The notes under the pieces are model-generated. The model saw nothing but the letters and a program-made list of their open reading frames with translations. It was not told the DNA's origin and searched no databases. From an uncultured virus (IMG/VR IMGVR_UViG_3300022858_001422) (lineage: Duplodnaviria > Heunggongvirae > Uroviricota > Caudoviricetes): 64,000 nt of DNA. Shown here one piece after another: positions 55,182 through 64,000 of the stretch. The DNA lies in the IMG/VR virus record IMGVR_UViG_3300022858_001422. One strand, written 5' to 3'. The translations under genes were made by a program, and so were the position numbers. Position 1 is the first letter of the stretch; each line of letters begins with the position of its first letter.

Positions 55182-55207
55182 AACCTATTTTACCACACCT
55201 GTTCTTT

Positions 55208-56050
55208 TTAATCAAGGTTTCCATCTCGATCCATAAAATTCCAACCAAATGTAAACATATCGGAATTAGCCCAAAACCCATCACTAATGTTATGACGACT
55301 CCAATACTTAGGTGCAATCACATAAGGATTGTTTAGGTTCGTCCATGTTGCAAAAATTGCAAAAGCTGAATTTGATAAAATTAGATTTCTTGCATGTTGC
55401 ACAACATAAAAATCATTCCCAATATCAAAATGATATACAGGACAATTGAAGATATTTTTGTAATAATCAAGGTCTTCTGTAATTACAATAAAATGCATGT
55501 TTTCATTTTTTTGTAACATCAAATCAATTGTTTTAGACCAGTAGTCATTAGTCAAAAATAAACTCTTAACTCCTCTATATTCTCCACCCCTACAATTGAT
55601 TACACAAAGATTTTCATCTGATAGGTCAATCCCCTCTTTAGCAAGTCTTTCTTCATATAATAAGGTGTTTTCTTTTTTGATTGTAAGCCATTCTCGAACC
55701 TTATTTCTATCATAATATCTAGCATCATGTCCGCATCGAAAAACTAACTTTGTATTATCAGGAACGTCAAACACGTCAGGTTGATAAGGATGATAACTAT
55801 AAGTTTGGTGGTCATCATATTTCTCTGACCAAACATTCGTAACTCCCTCTGGCATTTCACCATAAGGAGTATTATTTGGAATTCCATAGTCTACATCAAA
55901 ACAATACATTTGTTCTGCACCATTATAATAGTCATGAGAGGTTCTTTTATTAATACTCCAATCATAACTATTTTTTTCTGCTACGGAACGACATAGCAAA
56001 TAACGTGTTATCTGATCTCCAATATTTCCTGTAAGGTCGCAACAAATCAT
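55208..56050 (-). CDS. Glycosyltransferase family 11 (fucosyltransferase-like)
   Basis: GNIGDQ, INCRGGEY, ITED, ILSNSAF..W, IAP. Confidence 0.72.
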   Translation of the reverse strand: MICCDLTGNIGDQITRYLLCRSVAEKNSYDWSINKRTSHDYYNGAEQMYCFDVDYGIPNNTPYGEMPEGVTNVWSEKYDDHQTYSYHPYQPDVFDVPDNTKLVFRCGHDARYYDRNKVREWLTIKKENTLLYEERLAKEGIDLSDENLCVINCRGGEYRGVKSLFLTNDYWSKTIDLMLQKNENMHFIVITEDLDYYKNIFNCPVYHFDIGNDFYVVQHARNLILSNSAFAIFATWTNLNNPYVIAPKYWSRHNISDGFWANSDMFTFGWNFMDRDGNLD

Positions 56051-56709
56051 AATCTCTCCTCATATCTATTGCTAAAAATATAAAATAATGCTCTTTCTAA
56101 AAGGTGCGCTTCCATCGTATATTGCGCATAGTCCACTAATGACATTAGCTTCATGTAGAACTCTTTGCTATACTTTAATATGTTTCTTTTGGGAACTACA
56201 TACTGCGCACCAGGAGAAAAACGTATCCAATCAACATGCGTATAGTCCGTAAACATTTCGTTCATAAACTGATCGTAAGCATGATATTTTCGATGTTCAT
56301 AAGGAGGTGGTAATAAAAGATACCAACTGGAATTTATTTCAGTGTAGTTTCCATCTGGTGCTTTTCTGTGTGCATAAGATTCTGCTACGTGCGCATAGTC
56401 TTCAATAGGTGTGAACTCAGTATTATAAATTAACTTGTCAAATGTTTCACGCTTGCAATGATCCCAGACTAAACCTTGACCGAAAAATGTGATCTCTGGA
56501 AGTGAATCGTAATTATTCGTAATGAAATGAAAGCAATCGTAAATGTTATGACCTACGTTATCAATTCTAATAATCTTATCTCCATCAGGAAGAGTATTGC
56601 TTTTATCATAAATAATATACCGATTGGTATATTCTTCAATCCATGAACAATTGTTTTTCCAGTTTGAAATTACAAAAAATGCTTCTGGCTTCATCGGTTT
56701 TTCATCCAT
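56047..56709 (-). CDS. DUF3431-like glycosyltransferase-associated protein
   Basis: IYDK, NVG, NYDSLP, FGQG, GAQYVV, HLLER. Confidence 0.65.
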   Translation of the reverse strand: MDEKPMKPEAFFVISNWKNNCSWIEEYTNRYIIYDKSNTLPDGDKIIRIDNVGHNIYDCFHFITNNYDSLPEITFFGQGLVWDHCKRETFDKLIYNTEFTPIEDYAHVAESYAHRKAPDGNYTEINSSWYLLLPPPYEHRKYHAYDQFMNEMFTDYTHVDWIRFSPGAQYVVPKRNILKYSKEFYMKLMSLVDYAQYTMEAHLLERALFYIFSNRYEERL

Positions 56710-57350
56710 TGACTACGATTCCTATGAAATCCAAACGTGGGCATATTTCCCATATTGTTTTCTGGAACTGGATTTTCATAGGCAAATTTAGCCGCTACTT
56801 CTGATGGTGCATAGTTAATACCTAAATTTAACATAGCTGTACGTCTATAGACTGTACAATTACCATCTTCATTATAAAAACCTTGTCTTTCCTGTAATTC
56901 CCAACCCATTTTTTTAGGCAAGTCAAGAATTTTTTTGCTACGAAGAGACATTCCGCCATTACCATTTCTTACATGCTCTCCTTCATCTGTAATATATGCA
57001 GTTTCAGACCATGGCCAAATAGCCCCAATATAGTCATATTGCAACCAGTCGTCATCAAACATTTCTGGCGAAATGACGTAACCATGGTCTTGCACCATGA
57101 GACAATGTGATGTTTGAATATGTTCGCCTAGATCCAAAAATACAAACTTGCTATATTCGTCAATATTTGTAATTTTATCTATCTGTTCAAATTGAATTTC
57201 TGGCGGCAAGCAGTTTGGTTTGTCATGAGATAAAAGTTTCACTTGCCCAAAATTGATTTTCAACATTGAAAATAACATTGCCTGAATTGTGCCTTTGATC
57301 CTGTCGGTGCAGTCAATTGCCACAAGCGTTACATCTGGTAATTCTTTCAT
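56691..57350 (-). CDS. DUF5672-like putative glycosyltransferase
   Basis: VQDHG, YDYIGA.W, GNGGMSLRSK, NED, FGFH. Confidence 0.7.
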   Translation of the reverse strand: MKELPDVTLVAIDCTDRIKGTIQAMLFSMLKINFGQVKLLSHDKPNCLPPEIQFEQIDKITNIDEYSKFVFLDLGEHIQTSHCLMVQDHGYVISPEMFDDDWLQYDYIGAIWPWSETAYITDEGEHVRNGNGGMSLRSKKILDLPKKMGWELQERQGFYNEDGNCTVYRRTAMLNLGINYAPSEVAAKFAYENPVPENNMGNMPTFGFHRNRSQWMKNR

Positions 57351-58030
57351 TGAGACACTCCATATTTTTTGAATAAATAACTTCTCTCTTTAGAAACCAC
57401 CTGTTCGTTGATAAACTTATTCGTAGTCTGTCCTTCCCATAAATATTGTGCAGCCGTTGGATGATATAGAAATTCAGGTTTTCCAAAAATGTTGAGCATC
57501 CTGAAGTACATGTCACTGTCTACAAACCAATTTAATTTTTCATCCCATTCTAAAGCCGCAGTTCGTCTTACAGTCAAACAAGAAGGTGTTCCGATCAAAT
57601 TCACAAAAAGAGGATTCTGGCTGATACGAGGAGTTTGAAGTTTGAAAAACTTAACTCTATCGTACGAGTGATAATATTGTGAGACTACCCAATTTTTATC
57701 ATAAGAAAATGCTTCTACAATTTTTTGCAGAGAATCTTCGCCAATCAAAAAATCATCTTGCATCAGGAACTTGATTATATCTCCTTCACAGTTCGCTACA
57801 CAACTATTCAAATTAGCCCCTAGAGACCCTCTACCGTGTTCATTGCGAATATATTTCACTTTATCAAAATTATCGCATAAAATCCTGATTTTATCGTCTT
57901 TCGAGTGGTCTGACACAACAATTTCATAATCTGTATAGGTTTGCATAAAAATACTGTCTAAAGCGTACTGAAGAAACTCAGCACCCCGATTGCTCATAGA
58001 ATATGTGGGAATCGCCATACTAACTTTCAT
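57347..58030 (-). CDS. Glycosyltransferase family 2
   Basis: SMAIPTY, VVSDHS, N.N, FLMQDD. Confidence 0.82.
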   Translation of the reverse strand: MKVSMAIPTYSMSNRGAEFLQYALDSIFMQTYTDYEIVVSDHSKDDKIRILCDNFDKVKYIRNEHGRGSLGANLNSCVANCEGDIIKFLMQDDFLIGEDSLQKIVEAFSYDKNWVVSQYYHSYDRVKFFKLQTPRISQNPLFVNLIGTPSCLTVRRTAALEWDEKLNWFVDSDMYFRMLNIFGKPEFLYHPTAAQYLWEGQTTNKFINEQVVSKERSYLFKKYGVSQ

Positions 58031-58721
58031 TTAGAAACTCCTTCATCTTAGTTGTATTCATCGTTGTGTTTTTTGGCATGTGCTTATTCAAAATGTTGAA
58101 TGACTCTCGAACTCCAGGCTTTGTTTGAATCGCAAGATCATGAATCGTCTTAGTTTCAGTTCCCACGTTGAAAACTCCTTCAGCGTTATTATCGATAAGA
58201 CGTATAATCAGTTTTGCAATAACATCTATATAATCGAAACTACCCATTTGCGTTGTTATGGCGTTGTCATAAGGCCACGGATTTGGCTTAAATGATGTAC
58301 GAATCAGTAAATAGTTGTTTGCCCTAGCTTGAACATAAGCATCGCCCAACATCTTTGTATGAGCATACCAGGTTCTATTTGTAACTGGAACATCATTTTC
58401 TGAAGCATTTTCTTTTGATCCAGAATAAATATAGTCTGTTGAAATATGAATTAATTTTTGATTATCAATATTGCACCAATCCACCAATTTCATTACGCCA
58501 ACATAATTCGTTTTCCAGTGGTCATCTCTTTCTTTGGAATATGTGTCTGTATTTGCGATACAGTTGACAACCTGTTTATAACCATTAATCCGCCAATACC
58601 AATTCGTTTTATTGAAATCAATTCCTTCAAATTTACGTGAAACCCAACTCCACGATGGTTTCTGACTCACAAATTCTTTAGCAAGTCTTCCTGAACCTAG
58701 AACAACTACTCTATTTCTCAT
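58020..58721 (-). CDS. rmlD: dTDP-4-dehydrorhamnose reductase-like SDR
   Basis: GSGRL, HISTDY, YAHTK (YxxxK), IRTS. Confidence 0.75.
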   Translation of the reverse strand: MRNRVVVLGSGRLAKEFVSQKPSWSWVSRKFEGIDFNKTNWYWRINGYKQVVNCIANTDTYSKERDDHWKTNYVGVMKLVDWCNIDNQKLIHISTDYIYSGSKENASENDVPVTNRTWYAHTKMLGDAYVQARANNYLLIRTSFKPNPWPYDNAITTQMGSFDYIDVIAKLIIRLIDNNAEGVFNVGTETKTIHDLAIQTKPGVRESFNILNKHMPKNTTMNTTKMKEFLNES

Positions 58722-60051
58722 AAAAACCTTTCAAGACATCATCAAAATATTGAAAAACTTCTTCTGTATATGCAGGAGAAGCTCCTACAAAAAATACTCT
58801 TTTTAGAACTTCGTTAGCCATAGGATAATCTCTAAAATCACCTAGGTGTTCATAGCCAGGATGAATTAATAAATTTCCTGCAAAATAATTTCTTGTTTGA
58901 ATTTTATTTTCTTCAAGATAGGCAACAAGCTTTTCTTTTAGCTCTCGATTATGGCAAATAATTCCCGTTCCAAACCAAACTGGACTTGCGAAATTTAAAA
59001 CTTTTGGAGATTTAGTTCCAACAACATGATGAAAAGATTTTGAAATTATCTTTTGACTAACATTTCTTTTAGAATAAATTTCATCCAATTTGCCAATTTG
59101 AACTTTTCCAATAGCTCCTTGAAGATCTAAAGGCTTGAGATTATAACCCATTTTTGAAAATACATATCGATGATCAATAATCCCATCATAATTTCTCAAC
59201 CATTTTGAAAATCGTTTTCCACACGCTCCATTAGGTAATAACCCCTCACTACCAAAACAGATGCATGAGCGGCCCCAGGTGACTAAACTTCTAATAATAT
59301 TATAAATTGCTTTATTGCTAGTAACAACCATGCCTCCTTCACCAGTTGAAATCGTATGTGCTGCATAGAAAGAATGACTACTAGCAACGGCGAATTTGTT
59401 TAGCAACTTTCCTTCCCATTGACTACCAAGAGAATCACAGTCATCTAAAATTAGTTTTAAGTTATGTTTATTGCAAACCCCGACCAACTTATCCATCTGT
59501 GGAGGATTGCCTAATACTGGTGAAAGAAAAACAGCTTTTGTTTTATCTGTAATTTTCTCTTCAATTAAGTCCAAATCAAAATTCAACGTGTCAAATTCAA
59601 TATCAATAAAGACCGGTTTTAGATTGTTCTGAACTACAACAGAGGTTGTAGTTGGAAAACCAACCACTGATACAATAACTTCATCATTATCTTTCCAATT
59701 GTAATATTCCTTTAGTGCTGCGATCATAATCAAATTTGCTGAAGATCCACTGTTCACCATCACAGCGTATTCTTCATTAATAGCTTTTGCAAACTGATTT
59801 TCAAATTCTTGAACGTTCGTCCCTGCACTAATCCAGCTCCCTGTTAGAAGAGCTTGTGTAGCAGCCACAACTTCTTCTGTTCCCCAATACGGGCCAGAAT
59901 AGTAAACTGGTGTTTCACCTGGAATAAAATTGTCAAAATTATTATGAACACATGATGGAATATGAACATCGCAACTTAATTCATTGATAAAATTTTCAAT
60001 TCTTTCATTTGTTTTCATTTCTGTTTTCATTATCGGTTTTATAAAAACCAT
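58711..60051 (-). CDS. DegT/DnrJ family, RfbH/ColD-like NDP-4-keto-6-deoxysugar 3-dehydratase
   Basis: VNSGSSANL, DDCDSLG, SFYAAHTISTGEGG (His at the usual Lys position), GYNLKP, TRNYFAGN. Confidence 0.85.
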   Translation of the reverse strand: MVFIKPIMKTEMKTNERIENFINELSCDVHIPSCVHNNFDNFIPGETPVYYSGPYWGTEEVVAATQALLTGSWISAGTNVQEFENQFAKAINEEYAVMVNSGSSANLIMIAALKEYYNWKDNDEVIVSVVGFPTTTSVVVQNNLKPVFIDIEFDTLNFDLDLIEEKITDKTKAVFLSPVLGNPPQMDKLVGVCNKHNLKLILDDCDSLGSQWEGKLLNKFAVASSHSFYAAHTISTGEGGMVVTSNKAIYNIIRSLVTWGRSCICFGSEGLLPNGACGKRFSKWLRNYDGIIDHRYVFSKMGYNLKPLDLQGAIGKVQIGKLDEIYSKRNVSQKIISKSFHHVVGTKSPKVLNFASPVWFGTGIICHNRELKEKLVAYLEENKIQTRNYFAGNLLIHPGYEHLGDFRDYPMANEVLKRVFFVGASPAYTEEVFQYFDDVLKGFYEK

Positions 60052-60202
60052 CTCCCTTCAATATGAAAGTAAGTCCATACTTGCGAATAACATTAGAGGA
60101 CTGACACTCTGGACATAAGGGTGTCAGTCCTGAAATTTCTGATAGGCTAGATTCAACATCAAAAACAAGCCCACAATCATTACATTCAAAACCATATTTC
60201 AT
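60005..60202 (-). CDS. FmdB-like zinc-ribbon protein
   Basis: YGFECNDCG...CPEC...FILKGDGFYKTD. Confidence 0.75.
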   Translation of the reverse strand: MKYGFECNDCGLVFDVESSLSEISGLTPLCPECQSSNVIRKYGLTFILKGDGFYKTDNENRNENK

Positions 60203-60459
60203 ATTATACCATTTTCAGAACATCTTCTTTAACCCAATTAATACTCGCAACCCCAAGAGTATTCCATCGTTCAATTTCATAACCGTCATCATTAATCATT
60301 GCAATCCAATAGTAAGACGCTCCGTTTCCATTTTCTGAAGATAAAAGAAGCTCAAACCCACAAGCAGGAGTAATAAATCCACCATCTTGTTTCTCATTAA
60401 GCATTGTAAAAGAATCAATTCTAACTTTATTCATGTAATATTCATAAAAGTCTTTCATT

Positions 60460-61323
60460 TTAAAACTCCTTGACTAATGATTCTAAATATTCTCGATTGT
60501 TCACGGATTCTTTTGCTAAATATAAAAGCTGTTCATCGCCAATAAAACCCATTCGCCACGCAACTTCTTCTACACAGGCAACCATAATTCCTTGCATTTC
60601 CTGAATAGTCTGGACATAATTTGATGCTTTCAATAAGGCATCGTGCGTTCCAATGTCTAGCCAAACCGTACCTCGTTGAAAAACTTTGACGTATAAGTTG
60701 TCGTTTTCAAGATATAATCTGTTTACATCAGTAATTTCAAGTTCTCCACGACCAGAGATTTTCAAGCTCTTTGACTTCTCGACTACAGACGAATCATAAA
60801 AGTAAATTCCTGGAATTGCAAGATTTGATTTTGGATATTCTGGTTTTTCTTCAATGCCAATAGCTTTGCCATTAGCATCAACTTCTACAACACCATAACG
60901 TTCTGGATCATGAACTTTATATGCGAAAATAATAGCTCCAGATTCTAATTTTACCGCCTCCCTGAATAGCCCCGAAATTCCTGCGCCGTACAAAATATTA
61001 TCTCCTAAAACTAGGGCTACTGTATCATCACCAATAAAATCCTCGCCAATAATAAAAGCTTCTGGAATTCCTCCTGGATTTTCTTGAACAGCATATTCAA
61101 TGTTTATTCCAAGATGGTTTCCATTGCCAAATAATTTTCCATATAAAGGAACATATTCAGGAGATGAAATAATCAAAATGTCTCGAATTCCAGCTAACAT
61201 CAAAATTGATAAAGGATAGTAAATTACTGGTTTATCAAATAAAGGCAATAACTGTTTTGAAACTACCTTTGTGGAGGGATACAGACGTGTTCCTTTGCCA
61301 CCTGCTAAAATAATACCTTTCAT
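60460..61323 (-). CDS. rmlA: Glucose-1-phosphate thymidylyltransferase
   Basis: GIILAGGKGTRLYP, SKQLLP, LGDN, EEKP, RGELEITD, WLD.GT. Confidence 0.96.
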   Translation of the reverse strand: MKGIILAGGKGTRLYPSTKVVSKQLLPLFDKPVIYYPLSILMLAGIRDILIISSPEYVPLYGKLFGNGNHLGINIEYAVQENPGGIPEAFIIGEDFIGDDTVALVLGDNILYGAGISGLFREAVKLESGAIIFAYKVHDPERYGVVEVDANGKAIGIEEKPEYPKSNLAIPGIYFYDSSVVEKSKSLKISGRGELEITDVNRLYLENDNLYVKVFQRGTVWLDIGTHDALLKASNYVQTIQEMQGIMVACVEEVAWRMGFIGDEQLLYLAKESVNNREYLESLVKEF

Positions 61324-62336
61324 TTTCGCTCCTTCATTTCATTTACCCAATCTTGATTTTCAAGATACCAATCTACCGTTTCAATAAGCCCATCGTTCAA
61401 ATTTCTTTGTGGACTCCAACCAAGCTCATGTTTGATTTTGCTAATATCAATGGCGTAACGAAAATCATGTCCTAATCGATCTGGAACATATTCAATCAAG
61501 TCTGCATGGTGTGTTCCTGGATACATATCATCAAAAATATCACAAATTTTAGTAATAATCTCGATGTTCTCAATATCACATTCGCCACCAATACAATACG
61601 TTTCGCCCAGCTTGCCATTCAACATAATTTCATAAATAGCTTCACAATTATCGTCCACGTGAATCCAGTCACGCATCTGTTTTCCATCACCATAAACAGG
61701 AATTGATTTCCCGTTGTATAGATTATTGATTACTTTTGGAATTAGTTTTTCTGGATGCTGATGTGAACCATAGTTATTAGAACTGTGTGTAATGATGGTT
61801 GGCAATGCGTAAGTATCATGATAGGACTGTACTAAATGGTCACTGCCAGCCTTAGAAGCTGAATAAGGTGAATGGGGATCGTATCGTGTATTCTCATCAA
61901 AAATATGGCTATCTTGAGGTGTTAAAGCACCATAGACCTCATCTGTTGAGATGTGAATAAATCCCTGAAAGCAGTCTTGCTTTTGAAAATATTTATTAGC
62001 TTCATTCAGTAGTGTTGCAGTTCCAAGAACATTAGTTTTCACAAATCCCAAAGGGTCGTTAATAGAATTGTCTACATGAGTTTCAGCAGCAAAATGAACA
62101 ATATAATCTGGACGATGAACTTCTAAAACTGATTGAATCAAAGCCCCGTCTAAAATATCTGCCTCAATTGTAAGACAATGTTCTTCATCAATCCCTTCGA
62201 GATTCCGAGGATTTGAAGCATACGTATTTTTATCAATATTAATGATAAAAGAATTTGGCTCTTTTTTCAAAATAGCTTTTACATAATGGCTTGCGATGAA
62301 GCCAAGGCCACCCGTCACTAAATACATTTTATCCAT
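61320..62336 (-). CDS. rmlB: dTDP-glucose 4,6-dehydratase
   Basis: TGGLGFI, HFAAETHVD.SI, STDEVYG, YSASKA, SNNYG, RDWIHV, DRLGHDFRY. Confidence 0.96.
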   Translation of the reverse strand: MDKMYLVTGGLGFIASHYVKAILKKEPNSFIINIDKNTYASNPRNLEGIDEEHCLTIEADILDGALIQSVLEVHRPDYIVHFAAETHVDNSINDPLGFVKTNVLGTATLLNEANKYFQKQDCFQGFIHISTDEVYGALTPQDSHIFDENTRYDPHSPYSASKAGSDHLVQSYHDTYALPTIITHSSNNYGSHQHPEKLIPKVINNLYNGKSIPVYGDGKQMRDWIHVDDNCEAIYEIMLNGKLGETYCIGGECDIENIEIITKICDIFDDMYPGTHHADLIEYVPDRLGHDFRYAIDISKIKHELGWSPQRNLNDGLIETVDWYLENQDWVNEMKERK

Positions 62337-63051
62337 GTGTATATTTTTCTCCTAAGATTATTTTACCACTTAACAATTTACCTGTCAAGCGTTTATAAGA
62401 AACTCGAAATGGTTCTTCTTCGTTTTCAACACCAATGTAATTTCTAAGGTTGTCTTTGCACCATTCACCGCCACTAGCACTTCCCATAAATGGGGCAAGA
62501 ATTGTGTCGCCCTCATTTGTAAAAGGAAGAAATAATCTATTCATTAGTTTCAATGGTTTCTGCCATTGAATATTTTTTCCACTTGAGTTCTTTTCTCGTT
62601 CCTTACTCATCGTAGAAAAGTTTCCAAGATCGTCAAACACAGAACAGGGAGTTTTCATTCCTGTTCCCTTTTTATCAAAAGCTGTGCCAGCAGTTTTCTT
62701 TGGGATTTGAATTCTGTCGCCACGCCAAGTATAATCATTTCCTTTAGCATAAACTACAATATAATCATGTTTTTGTGGGAATTTATTTTTTGGAACTCCA
62801 CCCCATTCCTGTTTATAAATAAGTGTGTTCAACCATCTATCTTTACCAACGAGATTATCAAGATATGTTCTTAAATGGTGAAAAGTGGAATCATCAGTTT
62901 GTGCCATGAAAATTCCATTTGGTTGTAAAAAATTCCAGTATTTATCAATCCAGGAAAAATCTGTATTCCCATAAATATAGTCTGCATAGACCAAATCTAT
63001 GGGAATTTTGATTTCTACCTTCATGTTATCGTTATAATGAAGTTCTAACAT
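62329..63051 (-). CDS. DNA methyltransferase-like protein (beta class, atypical motif IV)
   Basis: WQKP, APFMGSAS; DYIY where DPPY is expected. Confidence 0.65.
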   Translation of the reverse strand: MLELHYNDNMKVEIKIPIDLVYADYIYGNTDFSWIDKYWNFLQPNGIFMAQTDDSTFHHLRTYLDNLVGKDRWLNTLIYKQEWGGVPKNKFPQKHDYIVVYAKGNDYTWRGDRIQIPKKTAGTAFDKKGTGMKTPCSVFDDLGNFSTMSKEREKNSSGKNIQWQKPLKLMNRLFLPFTNEGDTILAPFMGSASGGEWCKDNLRNYIGVENEEEPFRVSYKRLTGKLLSGKIILGEKYTHG

Positions 63052-63611
63052 TAGTCCTCAAATCCCATGTACTTACGACTTGACAAGTAATCCGCCAGGT
63101 GTACAAACACTTGCAGTCCTGTTTTTGGTTTAGGAAGAACCTCATCATCGTATTTGCTGGTCGACCATTCTCCCATGTGGCTCGAAATTGCAGTTGCAAT
63201 CAATTCGCATTGTTCATCTGTTAATAAGTCTTTCAGGTCTGTTTCATGATGTTTTCTAATTTCACTCGCTGCAATAAGTGGATGTGTAAAGGCAGTATAT
63301 TTTTGTTTTACAATCCCAGACTTATAGCCATCATGCAACATCAAAGCTACAATAATAATGTCGCTATATTTTCGCAATGATTTGAAATTTTCGTTCTCTA
63401 GCAATGAAATTGCAATCTTGATAGCCATACGAACATGTTTTACCAGTCCATGTTCCTCAAGAGCAAATGACGGGTGATATTTGAGCGAAGAGCTCGCGGG
63501 TACATCAAAAAAATAGTCTGGTAAACGATCTAACATTCCCTCGGCAAAAGCCTTCACATTTTTATCTCGAATTAAATTCAATTCTTTTTTGAAATATTCT
63601 TGTTTTTCCAT
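63051..63611 (-). CDS. HD-domain phosphohydrolase
   Basis: ASS.KYH, GLVKH, LHDGYK, SHMG, HLADY. Confidence 0.8.
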   Translation of the reverse strand: MEKQEYFKKELNLIRDKNVKAFAEGMLDRLPDYFFDVPASSSLKYHPSFALEEHGLVKHVRMAIKIAISLLENENFKSLRKYSDIIIVALMLHDGYKSGIVKQKYTAFTHPLIAASEIRKHHETDLKDLLTDEQCELIATAISSHMGEWSTSKYDDEVLPKPKTGLQVFVHLADYLSSRKYMGFED

Positions 63612-64000
63612 TTTATTCCCTTCTTAATTATTTTTTGCAACCAATATTTGAATCAATTTTGTATCATGATTGATCTTTTGGTTTTTCTTTTCAATAAGGT
63701 CTGTTAATTCAAATACCATGCTGAGCAACTGATTGATTTGATCCTGTTTTATATCACAACTTTCAGAAAATCCTTCGGCTAAATCCCAATATTCAATAGC
63801 AACCTTTTTCCAATCTACCTTAACAATAAGTTTTCTCCAATTTATTTTTGCCAATCTTGAAAACAACATTCTTACTCCTTTTAAAAACCTCATAAAACAT
63901 TCCTTTCATATTGTTTTACCACGCTTGTTCATACTCTTTAATTTTCACACCGTTTTCTTCAAGAATGGCTTTAATTTTAATTGAACAATCCAGACATAAA

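Larger units (their letters stand above)
2477..63910. repeat. Dispersed palindromic site family CATAAAA-N6-TTTTATG (~30 copies)
   Basis: Left-arm starts: 2477, 6504 (interrupted), 14229 (N7), 16319, 17319, 19885, 29124, 29630, 30364, 32137, 32762, 33367, 34404, 35863, 36561, 37061, 37089, 38645, 39520, 40689, 41057, 41915, 42733, 43887, 45231, 45811, 46313, 46406, 47519, 63891. Several have 1-2 arm mismatches. Confidence 0.9.

Noticed and set aside
57876..57895. CATAAAA-tcctga-TTTTATC inside the GT2 gene
   Set aside because: Single intragenic match in AT-rich DNA; may be chance, so not counted in the array.

Overview
AT-rich segment of a large dsDNA bacteriophage genome. The + strand arm (1-7009) encodes putative virion/receptor-binding proteins and a diversity-generating retroelement (DGR). 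The DGR has an RT (4571-5638), a template repeat (4340-4443) and two variable repeats (769-872, 4153-4256) in two paralogous C-type-lectin-like genes, with no recognisable avd gene in the window. It is followed by an orphan IscB omega/HEARO-like RNA with a 20-codon IscB stump. After a convergent terminator (7013-7044) the genes are on the - strand. These include nucleotide metabolism (dUTPase, class II RNR with two inteins, guanylate kinase, deoxyribonucleotidase, ThyX) and replication/recombination (DnaE, Cas4/RecB-like nuclease, primase-helicase, SSB, annealing protein). There are also two tRNAs, three DNA methyltransferases, a PAPS-reductase-family protein, a tyrosine recombinase, two long tracts of small accessory ORFs and a ~14-kb sugar-nucleotide/glycosyltransferase locus. 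The most unusual signal is ~30 palindromic CATAAAA-N6-TTTTATG sites, each with a different spacer. They punctuate gene boundaries in the accessory tracts around the tyrosine recombinase, making this a candidate cassette-shuffling system. The IscB element appears inserted into one such site, so that site forms its guide. A promoter-driven ~530-nt RNA with six tRNA T-arm-like hairpins is also present. All calls come from reading motifs by eye; no database searches were run.
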